Counted from the stretch's first letter, positions 10,991 through 22,116 are shown. The stretch: 64,000 bases of DNA from an uncultured Chloroflexia bacterium (GCA_963712745.1 CAVQJC010000014.1:1-64000); one strand, 5' to 3'. Numbers and translations: made by a program. Notes: generated by a model not told the origin, from the letters alone.

Positions 10991-11488
10991 CGCAGACCGT
11001 CGCGATCGCGCGCCGGTCGACCCCTGAAGGCCGCGCGGACTCGTCTGTCATCGCCGGACTCTCGAGCCCGATCGAAGGCGGAGGCCGGGTCGGAGGGTGG
11101 GTCGGCGAAACGCATGGACAGCAACGTGGCTCCCGTTCACGGGGTATGTACATCTCACGGCGGGGACTGGGGACCACCGCGGGCTCTGCACGGTCGCGCC
11201 GTCCGGGAGGGCCTCACCTACACCGTATGAGGGACGATCGGTACTAAGCAATACCACGTACCGGCGACGAAGCCAAAGCGTTGCCAGAACGCAACGGCCA
11301 GCGCGCCTGCGTCGCGAGGTCGGAACGTTCTGCGTAGAACCGCCCGTGTCGGCCAGAGTGGTGCAGCCGGGTCCGGTGCGCTTGATGGGCACTAGTCAGC
11401 CGCGGGACCATCGCGGGCCTTCCCGACGACCGTCTGACTGACCATAGTCAGGGGCACGGATTACGTATCGGGGAGTCATCCCGCACTC

Positions 11489-11716
11489 ATGTATCTACAT
11501 CCCAACTCCCAGCCTCGTTCCACCCCTTCGGGGACCGCCTCGCCGACCCGGACCGCGATCCCGGTCATGGAGAGCCATGACATGCGCGTCGTGGGCCTCG
11601 GCCCGGCGTCCGACCAGTTGAGGATGTCCGTCGCCGACATGGACGTCGTCCACGTCGCCAGGGCGAAGGTCGACATCAGGATGTGCCCGGTCTGCCCGGT
11701 GCCGCATCCCGCCTAG
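11489..11716 (+). CDS. Small hypothetical protein with C-terminal CPVC
   Basis: 75-aa ORF with gene-like GC3 codons, followed by a hairpin; no recognisable family. Confidence 0.4.
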   Translation: MYLHPNSQPRSTPSGTASPTRTAIPVMESHDMRVVGLGPASDQLRMSVADMDVVHVARAKVDIRMCPVCPVPHPA

Positions 11717-11785
11717 GCCAGACTCACCGCGACAGGCCAGCTTCGCGGCGATCGGCCAGCCACCAACAACCAGCCAGCGAACGAC

Positions 11786-11813
11786 GAGGGCCCCGGAGCA
11801 GATCCGGGGTCTT
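11786..11813. terminator. Hairpin between convergent genes
   Basis: ccccgga-gcaga-tccgggg stem, extendable with G-U pairs and followed by tcttgt. Confidence 0.55.
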
Positions 11814-11816
11814 GTC

Positions 11817-12482
11817 CTACCCGCCGGAATCGAGGTAGGCCAGCACCGCCAGCACGCGACGGTGCCCGTCTGTGGAGCCCGGCAGGTCGAGCTTGCCGAA
11901 GATGCTGCTGATGTGCTTCTCGGCCGCGCCCTCGGTGATGGTCAGCAGCTCGGCGATGCCCGCGTTGGTGCGCCCCTCGGCCATGGCCGCGAGCACCTCT
12001 CGCTCACGCGGCGTGAGGGCGGCCAGCCGGTCGTCGCGGCGGCGCTGGACCATCAGCTGCGCGACCACCTCCGGATCGAGCGCGGTGCCGCCCCCGGCCA
12101 CGCGCCGCAGGGCATCGGTGAAGTCGCGCACGTCGGCCACGCGGTCCTTCAGCAGGTAGCCCACGCCGCCGGCACCATCGGCCAGCAGCTCCGAGGCGTA
12201 CTGCGCTTCCACGTACTGGCTGAGCACGAGCATGGGCGAACCGGGCACCAGGCGTCGCGCCTCGATGGCCGCGCGCAGGCCCTCGTCACGCTGGGTCGGC
12301 GGCATGCGCACATCGACCACCGAGACGTCCGGCCGATGCTCGACCACGGCCGCCACCAGCGAGGGACCGTCGCCCACCGCGGCCACCACCGTGCCCACGC
12401 CATCCTCGATGAGCCGCACCAGTCCTTCGCGCAGCAGTACCGAGTCCTCCGCGATGGCTACTCGAAGCGTCGCCTGTTCCAT
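11817..12482 (-). CDS. NarL/LuxR-family response regulator
   Basis: IAEDSVLLREGL, VVDVRMPP, GYLLKDRV, LTPREREVLAAMAEGRTN HTH. Confidence 0.93.
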   Translation of the reverse strand: MEQATLRVAIAEDSVLLREGLVRLIEDGVGTVVAAVGDGPSLVAAVVEHRPDVSVVDVRMPPTQRDEGLRAAIEARRLVPGSPMLVLSQYVEAQYASELLADGAGGVGYLLKDRVADVRDFTDALRRVAGGGTALDPEVVAQLMVQRRRDDRLAALTPREREVLAAMAEGRTNAGIAELLTITEGAAEKHISSIFGKLDLPGSTDGHRRVLAVLAYLDSGG

Positions 12483-12529
12483 GCCCCGATGATGCCCGAG
12501 CGCGAGCGCCGGGACTTGCCCGAACGGCC

Positions 12530-12551
12530 GGGGTAGGGCTAACCCCACCCC
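12530..12551. promoter_or_regulatory. Imperfect palindrome, likely response-regulator operator
   Basis: ggggtagggctaaccccacccc lies between the divergent regulator and the ABC operon. Confidence 0.55.
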
Positions 12552-12702
12552 CAGGACACCCGCCAGCCCATCCCCAGGACTCCCGCTGCCCGGATTGGAG
12601 CGGACGGCGCACAGCCCTAGCGTCGTACCTGCCCAACACACCGATCGCGGCCCTCCCCGGCCGCGGCACTCACACCATCACACCACGAGAGGGAAGTTGA
12701 CG

Positions 12703-13869
12703 ATGACCCTGCTACGCGACCTGGGGCGCCGGAGGCTCCGCACCACGCTCACCATCCTCGGCATCACCATCGGCATCTGGGCCCTGGTGGTGTTCGGGTC
12801 GATGGCCAACAAGATCAACGCCATCGTCGACGGCGGCAGCCAGTTCTACTCGGACAAGGTGACCGTCGCAGCGCGCGGCTCGGGCATGGGCTTTGGCCAG
12901 CCGCTCGACATCAGCACGGTCGAGACGATCGAGGCCATCGACGGCGTGGCACTGGCAGTGCCCTCGATCGGCATGCCCATCGAGGACGAGATGTCCGGCG
13001 CTGGCCTGGGCATGGAGTACATCTCCGGCCAGGTGGCCGGCGCCGACCAGGGCCTGGAGAGCTACCAGCTCAACATCGCCACCGGTCGCGAGCTGACGGC
13101 GGCCGACGAGGGCTCCTACGTCACGGTCCTCGGCTCCGACATCGCGCGCCAGTACGGCGCCTCGGTCGGCAGCACGGTCGACATCCGCGGCCGGGGCTTC
13201 GAGGTCGTGGGCATCCTGGAGCCCACCCTGACCATGCCCGACAGCTCCGCGATGATGCCGCTGGCGGCAAGCCAGGAGCTGTTCGTGGGCATGATCCCCA
13301 CGATGTTCGCCGACGAGCTCGATCCCGCCGAGGTGGTCAGCGGCCTCACCGTCTACCCCCAGCGCGGCGTCGACCCCGAGGCGCTGGCTGAGACCATCCG
13401 CGCGGCCGAGCCGACGCTGGAGGTCATGTCCGGCTCCGACTTCGACGAGCAGATCGGCTCGGCCACGGCCATCTTCAACGCCATCCTCGTGGGCATCGCC
13501 CTCCTCAGCCTGGTCGTCGGCGGCCTCTCGGTCATCAACACCATGGCCATGTCCGTGGCCGAGCGCACCCGCGAGATCGGCATCAAGCGCGCCATCGGCG
13601 GCAGCCGCAGCCGCATCGTGGGCGAGCTGGTGGCCGAGTCCGCCCTCATCGGCTTCCTCGGCGGCGTGATCGGCCTGGCCGGCGGTGCCATGGTCGCCAT
13701 CATCGGCAACGAGCTGGGCCGAGAGTCGGGCTTCCTGCTCTTCATGCTCACGCCCTCGACCGCCATCACCGCGGTGCTCTTCTCGACCGGCCTGGGCGCT
13801 GTCGCCGGCCTGGTCCCGGCCCTGCACGCGGCGCGCCTCGATCCGGTCGCTGCCCTGCGCTACGAATGA
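12703..13869 (+). CDS. MacB/FtsX-family ABC transporter permease
   Basis: RTTLTILGITIGI, extracytoplasmic loop, NTMAMSVAERTREIGIKRAIG, PALHAARLDPVAALRYE. Confidence 0.93.
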   Translation: MTLLRDLGRRRLRTTLTILGITIGIWALVVFGSMANKINAIVDGGSQFYSDKVTVAARGSGMGFGQPLDISTVETIEAIDGVALAVPSIGMPIEDEMSGAGLGMEYISGQVAGADQGLESYQLNIATGRELTAADEGSYVTVLGSDIARQYGASVGSTVDIRGRGFEVVGILEPTLTMPDSSAMMPLAASQELFVGMIPTMFADELDPAEVVSGLTVYPQRGVDPEALAETIRAAEPTLEVMSGSDFDEQIGSATAIFNAILVGIALLSLVVGGLSVINTMAMSVAERTREIGIKRAIGGSRSRIVGELVAESALIGFLGGVIGLAGGAMVAIIGNELGRESGFLLFMLTPSTAITAVLFSTGLGAVAGLVPALHAARLDPVAALRYE

Positions 13870-13922
13870 CCGACACCCGATACCCGACAGACCGAGCCAT
13901 CCAACGACGAAAGGAAACCGAC

Positions 13923-14687
13923 ATGACCAGCAACGTGCTCATCGAAGGGCGAGACCTGCGCAAGACCTATCAGCTGGGCAAGCGAGCGGCCGTCCCAGCC
14001 CTGCGCGGCGTGGACGTCAGCATCGCCGAGGGCGAGATGGTCGCCATCATGGGCCCCTCCGGCTCGGGCAAGTCCACGCTCATGCACATCCTGGGCCTGC
14101 TGCACGCACCGGAGGCCGACGGAGGCCCGCGGCCCGAGCTGTGGTTCGAGGGTCGGGACATGACCCGCCTGGGCGAGTCCGAGCGCACCCGCATCCGTGC
14201 CAAGCGCATGGGCTTCGTGTTCCAGTCGTTCAACCTGGTGCCCACCCTGACCGCGATGGAGAACGTGGCGCTCGCCTGCGACTATGCCGGCATCAAGGGC
14301 ACGCCCGCACAGGCGGCGGCCGAACACGCGCTGCGCCTGGTGGGCCTCGATGACCGGGCCGGCCACCGCCCCGCGGAGCTCTCCGGCGGCGAGCAGCAGC
14401 GCATCGCCACCGCGCGTGCCCTGGTCAACCGCCCCTCGCTCATCCTCGCCGACGAGCCCACCGGCAACCTCGACTCCGTGCGCGCGCGGGAGGTCCTGGG
14501 CCTGTTCCGCCGCTTCAACCGCGAGCACGGTCAGACCATCGTGCTGGTGACGCACGACGCCGAGGTGGGCGACGCCTGCGACCGGGTCGTGCACATGCGT
14601 GACGGCCTCGTGGCCGAGCACGGCGCCATCACGCTCCCGCCGGCGGTCGTGAGCGTGCCCGGGGCGGCCATGCCCACCGCGGCATGA
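13923..14687 (+). CDS. LolD/MacB-type ABC ATP-binding protein
   Basis: [41 protein letters not shown]. Confidence 0.95.
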   Translation: MTSNVLIEGRDLRKTYQLGKRAAVPALRGVDVSIAEGEMVAIMGPSGSGKSTLMHILGLLHAPEADGGPRPELWFEGRDMTRLGESERTRIRAKRMGFVFQSFNLVPTLTAMENVALACDYAGIKGTPAQAAAEHALRLVGLDDRAGHRPAELSGGEQQRIATARALVNRPSLILADEPTGNLDSVRAREVLGLFRRFNREHGQTIVLVTHDAEVGDACDRVVHMRDGLVAEHGAITLPPAVVSVPGAAMPTAA

Positions 14688-16069
14688 GCCTCGCGGAAGG
14701 ACACGGGCTTGGTGGTAGGGTCGAGATGATGGACCACAGCGGGGGCGCGCCCACCGGCGCGACGGGCGGGGCGCGGACTCTCTCCTTGCGCTCGTTCCTG
14801 CTGTCCCCGCTCGACCCGGCCACCTGGCGGGCGGCCCTGGCCATCCTCATCGGCGTGGCCGTCACGGGCATCGGCTTCAACGGCCTCTTCATCATCTGGT
14901 CCATCGGCGGCTCGCTGCTGGCCGTGCTCATCGGCATCCCCATCATCGGCTTCGGCATCGAGGCCATGCGCTACGTCGCGCGAGCCGAACGCTGGCGCAT
15001 GGAGCTGGTCGACGGCGTGCCCGTCCTGGCCCACCCCTACCGGCCCATCGACTACTCGCCCAACGCGCCCTACGGCGACTGGCTGAAGCAGTACGCCGAG
15101 GGCCAGTTCCTCGATGCCAGCCGCTGGCGCGACGTGGTCTACGCGCTCATCGCCTTCCCGCTCGCACTACTCGAGTTCATCCTCGTCCTGGCGCTGTGGG
15201 CGGTGGTCCTCGGCCTCGTCATCGGCACCATCACGCTGCTCAGCGGCGCGGCCGCCACGTACGAGCCGGTTCCGCCCATCGCGCCGGTCGTCACCACGGT
15301 CATGGCCCTCGCACTCCTGCCCGTGGCCTCGTTCGTCACCCGCGGCATGATGGTGGTCCACCGCTCCATCGTGCAGACGCTGCTCTCCGTGGACCCCACC
15401 GAGGCCCTGCGCGAAGATGTGGAGCGGCTGCGCGAATCGCGTTCTGCGGCCATCGAGCTGGAGGCCTCCGAGCTGCGGCGCATCGAGCGCGATCTGCACG
15501 ACGGCGCCCAGCAGCGGCTGGTGATGCTGGCCCTGGACCTGGGCCGGGCGGAGGAGAAGATCGACAGCGATCCCGTGGCCGCCAAGCAGCTGGTAGCCGA
15601 TGCCCGTGAGCAGTCGCGCCTGGCGCTGGCCGAGCTGCGGGACCTCGTGCGCGGGACGGCACCGTCGATCCTCATCGACCGCGGGCTGGTCGCGGCCGTG
15701 GCCTCGATCGCGACCCAGAGCCGGATCGAGACGTTCATCGATTCGGGACGCATCGGCGCGCAGCGCTTCAGCCCGGCCGTGGAGCGAGCCGGCTACTTCG
15801 CCGCGGCCGAGGCGCTGACCAACGTGGCCAAGCACAGCGGGGCCAGCCGTGCCGATGTCATCTTCTGGCGAGACACCACTCGCCTCTTCGTGGAGATCTG
15901 GGACAACGGCCGCGGTGGCGCCACGCTCACCGGTGAGGGCGGGCTGGCCGGCCTGCGTGACCGGGTGGCCACCATCGACGGCGCCATCGACGTGGTCAGC
16001 CCGCCGGGCGGTCCCACCATGGTGCGCGTGACGTTGCCCGTGGCGCCACCTCCGGGCCTGCCGCGCTAG
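14684..16069 (+). CDS. Membrane sensor histidine kinase (HisKA_3)
   Basis: TM sensor region; IERDLHDGAQQRL, EALTNVAKHS, DNGRGG, GLAGLRDRV. Confidence 0.93.
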   Translation: MSLAEGHGLGGRVEMMDHSGGAPTGATGGARTLSLRSFLLSPLDPATWRAALAILIGVAVTGIGFNGLFIIWSIGGSLLAVLIGIPIIGFGIEAMRYVARAERWRMELVDGVPVLAHPYRPIDYSPNAPYGDWLKQYAEGQFLDASRWRDVVYALIAFPLALLEFILVLALWAVVLGLVIGTITLLSGAAATYEPVPPIAPVVTTVMALALLPVASFVTRGMMVVHRSIVQTLLSVDPTEALREDVERLRESRSAAIELEASELRRIERDLHDGAQQRLVMLALDLGRAEEKIDSDPVAAKQLVADAREQSRLALAELRDLVRGTAPSILIDRGLVAAVASIATQSRIETFIDSGRIGAQRFSPAVERAGYFAAAEALTNVAKHSGASRADVIFWRDTTRLFVEIWDNGRGGATLTGEGGLAGLRDRVATIDGAIDVVSPPGGPTMVRVTLPVAPPPGLPR

Positions 16070-16090
16070 CGAAGGCGCGGATCCCTCCAC

Positions 16091-18559
16091 TCAGACCTGG
16101 CCGGCCGGCAGGGCGGTCAGCTGCAGGGGGATGGGCCGCGGGCTGGGGTGGTCGATGGCCAGCTCCGGCAGGCGCGGCAGGCCGCGCTCATCCTGCTCGT
16201 CGGGGGCCGGCGCGGGTGCCTGTGCCACCGGTTCGACCACCAGGTTGGTGAGGTCGCGGGGCCGGATGTCGGGTTGCGTCTCCGGCCGCCCCAGCAGGTA
16301 GCCCTGGCCCACCGGGATGGCCAGCTGCTGCAGGGCTCGCAGCTGCTCTGGCGTCTCGACGCCCTCGCCGATGACGACCGAGCCCTGGCGCCAGGCCAGG
16401 TCGCGGATCGAGCGCAGCACCGCCCAGGACGCTGCGTGCTGAGCACCGGACTGGACCAGCGAGAGGTCGATCTTGACGATGTCGAACGGGATCTCGGCAA
16501 GCATGCGCAGGCCCGCGCTCCCCGCGCCGACGTCGTCCGCCGCCAGCCGAAGACCGTACTCGCCCAGGTGGCGGACGTTGTTCGCGAGCCGCTTGATGTC
16601 GACGATGGGGTCGCGCTCGGTGAGTTCGAGGATGACGCGCGAGGGCGAGATCCCGTGCCGGAGCAGGGTGTTGAGCAGCCAGCCCGCGTCGAAGTCCCTG
16701 ACCTCGAGAGTCTTGGCGGAGAGGTTGATGCTGATGATGTGATCGGAGCCGATGCCCTTGGCGCCAGCACTGACGGTCTCGAAGCTGGCAAGGTCCAGCT
16801 CGACCGTCCGGCCGGTCGCCGCGGCGGCGGCGAACAGGCGCTCGGGATCGGGGATGGGACCGTCACGCTCGGGGCGGACCAGCCCCTCGAAGCCCAGGAC
16901 GGCCCCGGTGCGCAGGTCCACGATCGGCTGGTACACCGGCTTGAACAGCCGTCCGCGGGCGATCTCGTAGACCGCGTTGCCGAGGCCGGCGGGTCCCTGC
17001 TTCGTCGGGCAGGCGATCGCGGTCAGGGTCGAAGATCTCGACGAACCCGCGCCCGTGGCGCTTGGCCCAGTAGAGCGCGACATCGGCCTGTCGCTGGACC
17101 TGGCCGGCCTCGAGAGCGAAGCGCGGTACCGCAGAGATGCCGCCGGAGAAGGGCGTCGGACGCTCGCCGGTCGGCGGACGCAGGCAGTAGTGCCGCAGGC
17201 GACTCGCGGCCTCGGCGGCTTCCTCCGGCTCGGTGTCGGGCATGAGCACCGCGAACTCGTCGCCGCCGATGCGGAAGAGGCGGTCCGTCGCTCGCAGGGC
17301 CTCGCGCATGACCGTGGCCAGGCCGGTCAGGAGGCGATCGCCCTCGGCGTGCCCCTCCCGGTCGTTCACGACCTTGAGGTTGTCGAGGTCGAGGAGCAGC
17401 AGCGCGAACGATGCGCCGTCGCGCTCGGACAGCTGCACCTGGATGAGCCAGCTCGTCCTGGAAGGCACGGTGGTTGCCCATGCCGGTGAGGCCGTCGTGC
17501 AGCGAGTCCTCCCTCGCCTCGCGATAGAGCGTCTCGAGCTGGTCCTGTGAGTCGCGCAGTTCGCGGAAGGGCGCGATGAGGAGGCGCATGAGCACGAGCA
17601 CTCCCGATGAGCGCCACGATGCTGACCACGAAGAGCGCCAGCCAGGTGCCGGTGGTCGCGGGCGATGCCGGCGTGGGCCAGGCCTGGATCATCCCGATAC
17701 CGGCCGCGGCCACGGTCGGCCAGATGTCGGCCACGCTCGTCTCCCAACCGACGCGGGCGAGCGCCGCGCCGGTGGCCTCATAGCCCGAGAGGATGCCCTT
17801 GGTGTAGATGGCCAGGTCGGCGGGCTGGATGGGCTGTGGGGCATCCGCCGCGGACGCGCCCGAGCGGCTGGCTCCGGCGACGAGCGTGGAGCTGTCGAGG
17901 TCGACCAGGATCGTGGTGGCCGCCGTCCACGGCGTGCGCTCGAGCAGCGTCTCGAGGTCGATGGCGGCAGAGAGCACGGCCTCGGGACCGCCGCGCCCGG
18001 CGATGGGCGTGGCGACGAGCAGCTGTTCGGTCCCGCGCGGGTGCGAACGCACGATCGTCCCGGTCGACGCCCGGGCCGCAGTGTCGAGCATCGCTCCCTG
18101 CGCGCAGGTGGCATTGGGATCCACCACCGCGCGGTCCTCGGCGATGACGGTCATGCGCCCGTCGGAGACGCGGGCCACGCAGGCGCCGGCCACGATGGAC
18201 CCGTCGGCGCCTCGAAGGGTGGAGATCGACCGGCGCGCCAGCTGGCGCGTAGCGCTGCTGCTGGACGATGCGAGACGCGACATGTCCGAGTCGGATGCCA
18301 GCGCGGCCAGGCGCACCTCGATGCCCTGGGCGCGCATCAGCAGGTCGGCCGCAGCGGTAGAGGTCTGCCGAGCACGGGCGGCGGCCAGGGACGTGTCGGG
18401 CCCCTGGATGAGGACCGATGCAAGCATGACGCCGACCAGGGCCGGCACCAGCGCCAGCACGAGCAGTCCGAGCAGGAGACGGCCCTGCATCGCATCGAGC
18501 CGCGATCGTCTGCTGTCTACGGTGACGCCGCGCTCGGTACGGCTGCGTCGTCGTTCCAT
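16091..18559 (-). CDS. Membrane diguanylate cyclase/phosphodiesterase (sensor-GGDEF-EAL), frameshifted
   Basis: N-terminal TM and extracytoplasmic domain; HDGLTGMGNHRAF, DLDNLKVVND, RIGGDEF; YQPIVDL, FEGLVR, ELTE, DDVGAG, KID, EGVET. Confidence 0.88.
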
Positions 18560-18705
18560 ATCTCTCCGGGGGCGATGTCACCATTCAACCCGAGGGACAT
18601 CCGTAAGGGGAGTGACCCGTTGCGCCTACACGAGATCCGGGACGTGACTGACCGCGGTCTGCACCGGACCACACCGCAGTCGACGTTGCGACACTGCGCG
18701 GTAGG

Positions 18706-19677
18706 TCAGATGGTGATGACCAGCTTGCCCTGCGACCGCTTCTGGTCCAGGTGGCGGAGCGCTTCGGGCACCTCTTCGAGTGGGTATGTCCTGTCGATGA
18801 CCGGGCGCAGCTGGCCGGCCTCGATGAGCCGGGTCAGCTCGGCGACGTCGTCTTGCCTGAAGGGCTTCCACATGAAGAGCCCGGACTTGCGGCTGGTCGT
18901 GATCGAGAGGATGGGACCGACGAGGATGGCGCCCAGGAGTGAGCGCGTGTCGCCACCGGCCCAGGCGTAGACCCCGCCACGGCGCAGCGCACGCCGGGAG
19001 GCGAAGATCGAGCGGTGCGAGGCGACGTCCACGATGCGGTCCCAACGACGCCCGCTCCCCGCGAAGTCCTGCGCGCTGTAGTCGATGACGTCATCGACGC
19101 CCAGCGAGCGCACGAAGTCCACCTTGGCCGTGCTGCACACCCCGGTGACCTCGCAGCCGTAGGCCTGCGCGATCCTGACCGCGAACGGCCCGACGTTGCC
19201 AGAGGCGCCGTTGACCAGGACCGTCTCACCCGCGCGCACCGGCCGCCATGAGCGCAGCGCCTGGAGCGCGAGGATGGCCGACTGCGGCACGGCCGCCGCT
19301 TCTTCGAAGGTGAGGCCCTGTGGCATCGGGGCAAGGGCCGCCTCGGTGGCGAGGGCGTAGTCGGCGAAGGCGCCGTAGCCACATTCGGTGAGATCGCCGA
19401 AGACCTCGTCCCCGACCGCGAATCGAGCGGCACCGGGTCCCACCGCTTCGACCACGCCCGCGACGTCCAGGCCCAGCCGTTTCGACCTGGGCACACGCAG
19501 GCCGATGCCCAGGCGGGTGACGGTCGGGCGACCGTAGAGGTAGTCGAGATCGGCCGCATTGACCGATGAGGCGCGGACGCGGACCAGGACCTCGCCGGCC
19601 TTCGGGGTCGGGTTCTCGAGCTCGCGCAGCTCCAGGACCTCCGGCCCGCCGTACCGCTCGCGAACGAACGCTCTCAT
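18706..19677 (-). CDS. NAD(P)-dependent MDR-family oxidoreductase (quinone reductase-like)
   Basis: YGGPEVL, VRASSVN, GLDVAGVV, VLVNGASGNVG, PVIDRTYPL, GKLVI; GGAGG RBS. Confidence 0.92.
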   Translation of the reverse strand: MRAFVRERYGGPEVLELRELENPTPKAGEVLVRVRASSVNAADLDYLYGRPTVTRLGIGLRVPRSKRLGLDVAGVVEAVGPGAARFAVGDEVFGDLTECGYGAFADYALATEAALAPMPQGLTFEEAAAVPQSAILALQALRSWRPVRAGETVLVNGASGNVGPFAVRIAQAYGCEVTGVCSTAKVDFVRSLGVDDVIDYSAQDFAGSGRRWDRIVDVASHRSIFASRRALRRGGVYAWAGGDTRSLLGAILVGPILSITTSRKSGLFMWKPFRQDDVAELTRLIEAGQLRPVIDRTYPLEEVPEALRHLDQKRSQGKLVITI

Positions 19678-19843
19678 CAGGTTCCTCCCCTGCCCTTCCG
19701 CTCCGAGGCCCATTGTGCGTCAGGGCACGTCCCGCGCGTAGTGGTGCCCAGATGCATGCGCTCCGGGACGAGACCGATTGACATCGGTGATGTGAACACG
19801 CACGATGCCGATCCACCCCGAATGTACACCCCTGAGGTACTAG

Positions 19844-20133
19844 ATGAGTCGTCGCGCGTCCTCCCTCGTGCTGTCCATCGTCCTGATGCTGGTCATGGCG
19901 CTGGTCGCGACCGGAGCTGCCCAGGCCGCCCCGTCGAAGGCGAAGGCCAAGGACAAGGCCTATCACGCGCGCAACGTCAAGTACTGGACACCGGCTCGCA
20001 TGGCCAATGCAAGTCGGGCGTGCTCAACTCGGTCAACTCGTACAAGTACATCGGCGGCAAGAAGCGGTACTACATGTTCGGCCCGAAGTTCAACACCCGG
20101 ACCGAGGCCCTCTACGAGTCGATCGTCCCCTAG
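19844..20133 (+). pseudogene. Internally deleted secreted V8/trypsin-like protease remnant
   Basis: Signal peptide and YWTPARMANA, joined out of frame near 20010 to GVLNSVNSYKY...MFGPKF; no catalytic core. Confidence 0.6.
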
Positions 20134-20140
20134 CTGACCC

Positions 20141-21316
20141 TCAGCTCGAGGGCCTGACGGTCAGGCTGAAGCCGCGCTTGCGCAGCTCCTCGGCGTAGTC
20201 GGCGCCGCCGACCGCCAGCTCGGCCGGGTTCACACCTCGGGGCGTCCGGCCCTGGGCATTCATGATGGCCTTGAGCGCGCCATCCCAGCCGGTGGTGCGC
20301 TCCATGGCCGTGAAACCGGTGGCTTCGTCGAAGCGGTCGATGAGCTCGACCTGCACCTGGCCAGGCCGGCCATCCTTGCGACCCACCGCCAGCACGCGCA
20401 CGATGACGAGGTCGGGATCACCCGGTTGCGCCCGGATCTTGGGGTCGAGCACGGCGTGGAGCACGTCGCGCGGCACGACCGACTGTCCCTTGACCTCGAC
20501 CGGCTCCTCGTCGAGCAGGCCCGCCAGGGTGTAGGCGCGCCATTCGGCGAAGTGGCCGGGCCAGCGCAGCGTCTTGTTCCAGAGCGTCTTGAGCTTGCCC
20601 TCGAAGGTCCAGGGCATGGTGCTGGTGCCGCCGCCGGCGACGAAGGCCTCCATCTGCCCGATGTCCCCGCCGAAGTCGACCGTCTCGTAGTCCGCAGGCT
20701 CGAAGGTCGGCACCTCGACGCGCCGGCCGTCGCGGATGAAGTGGGCCAGGCCGTAGTACTCGTTGGTGAGCCCGGCGATGTTGAAGGTCAACGTGTAGTT
20801 GAAGGGGGGCTTCGGATGCAGCGGGTTGCCACCGTCCCACATGAGGATCTCGTCTGTCTCGTCGAGGAGGCTCATGGCGTAGACGCTGAGGCTGGTGCCC
20901 ATGCCCGGGACCTGGCCGCAGTCGGGGATGATGGCGATGCCGGCGGCCGCCGCCTCGTCGCTGCGCTTCAACTGCTCCAGCACGAGGTCGGTCTTGCCGC
21001 CCAGGTCGGTCATGCAAGCCTTGGCCTCGATCGCCGCCTCCGTGATGGCGGGGTTGAGCCAGTAGGGCACGGCGCTGAGGAACGAGTCGACGGGCCTGAG
21101 GAAACTGACCAGGGCGGCGTGATCGGTGACGTCGAGCTGCACCGGCTCCGCGATGGCCCGGCCGATGAGGTCGTTGACTCGGGCCGCCGCGGCCTGCGCG
21201 GCTTCAGCGCTGATGTCGGCGATGCGCACGCGTTCGGCATCGCCCCACCTGGCCATGTCGTAGGCGGCGGCGGTACCCTGTCGCCCTCCGCCGAGGACTG
21301 CGTACGTGTAGGCCAT
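20141..21316 (-). CDS. Saccharopine dehydrogenase / lysine 6-dehydrogenase family
   Basis: AVLGGGRQG, SAVPY, DCGQVPG, GLTNEY, NKTLRWPGH, TAMERTTG. Confidence 0.88.
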   Translation of the reverse strand: MAYTYAVLGGGRQGTAAAYDMARWGDAERVRIADISAEAAQAAAARVNDLIGRAIAEPVQLDVTDHAALVSFLRPVDSFLSAVPYWLNPAITEAAIEAKACMTDLGGKTDLVLEQLKRSDEAAAAGIAIIPDCGQVPGMGTSLSVYAMSLLDETDEILMWDGGNPLHPKPPFNYTLTFNIAGLTNEYYGLAHFIRDGRRVEVPTFEPADYETVDFGGDIGQMEAFVAGGGTSTMPWTFEGKLKTLWNKTLRWPGHFAEWRAYTLAGLLDEEPVEVKGQSVVPRDVLHAVLDPKIRAQPGDPDLVIVRVLAVGRKDGRPGQVQVELIDRFDEATGFTAMERTTGWDGALKAIMNAQGRTPRGVNPAELAVGGADYAEELRKRGFSLTVRPSS

Positions 21317-21350
21317 TCCCTCCCCCATTGGTGCTCGGTCGGACTTGTGC

Positions 21351-21737
21351 CTACCAGATGGTAGGCACCGGATACTGGCGGATGGCTTCGTCGGGCGTGA
21401 GGATGGTCATGCCCAAAGAGATCGCCTGGGAGACGAGTGCGCGATCGAATGGGTCTCCGTGGATAGTCGGCAACCGACCCACCCGTAGCATCGTCTCTTC
21501 TCGCAGCGGGAGCTCCTCCACGCCCATCTCGTCGCGCAGCCGCGGGATGTAGCGGTCCGGTGGCTCGGGCAGGCGCAGCTTGCCGCGTCCGTGCTTGACA
21601 GCGATCTCCCAGGCCGAAACGGCGCTGAGGTAGACGGGGTCATCGGGGCTTTCGATGATGCTTCGTGCAGCCGGGCTCAAACGGCGATCTATCGTCGCAG
21701 CGAACAGGAACGTCGCGGTGTCGAGCAGGAACTTCAC
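21351..21737 (-). CDS. vapC: VapC-type PIN-domain toxin
   Basis: FLLDT, SAVSAWEIAVK, HGDPFDRALVSQA, ILTPD. Confidence 0.92.
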   Translation of the reverse strand: MKFLLDTATFLFAATIDRRLSPAARSIIESPDDPVYLSAVSAWEIAVKHGRGKLRLPEPPDRYIPRLRDEMGVEELPLREETMLRVGRLPTIHGDPFDRALVSQAISLGMTILTPDEAIRQYPVPTIW

Positions 21738-21988
21738 TCTTCGCCGGGCTCCCGGCCTTCGAACGCCGCGAGCAGATCCTCTGGCAGCGGCTCGAAGAAC
21801 GCGTCCGTCACCTCGAACTGGCCCTTGGCAAGCCCGAGCTTCCGCGGCTGCGTGCGACGCTTCTCGATCGGCTTGATCTCTGCGATGGGCACGTTGCGCT
21901 TGCACAGGATGATCGTCTCGCCTGCCTCGAGCAGTGGCAGGTAGCGCGACAGGTGCGTCTTGGCCTCATGGATGTTGAGCCGAATCAT
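21734..21988 (-). CDS. Phd/YefM-family antitoxin
   Basis: LNIHEAKTHLSRYL...GETIILCKRNVPIAEI; overlaps the toxin start. Confidence 0.92.
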   Translation of the reverse strand: MIRLNIHEAKTHLSRYLPLLEAGETIILCKRNVPIAEIKPIEKRRTQPRKLGLAKGQFEVTDAFFEPLPEDLLAAFEGREPGEE

Positions 21989-22021
21989 GACTAGAAAGTA
22001 GCCTAAGTACATGGTCATGTC
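21986..22021. promoter_or_regulatory. Putative TA autorepression operator
   Basis: catgac...gtcatg and acatg-gt-catgt inverted repeats at the antitoxin start. Confidence 0.45.
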
Positions 22022-22116
22022 TACTGTTTCGCGGGTTTCGGGATAGCTTGGGCGACCCACGTGACTCTGGCGTGTGAGAGCGCAGGGGGTTGCCCGGCGC
22101 CGAAATGGTGACGTCG

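Noticed and set aside
249-11000. Programmed frameshifting or wholesale pseudogenisation of the glycan cluster
   Set aside because: Single-base indels are dense, regional and hit all genes alike while motifs stay intact, which is more typical of low-coverage long-read consensus error. Real decay cannot be fully excluded without reads.
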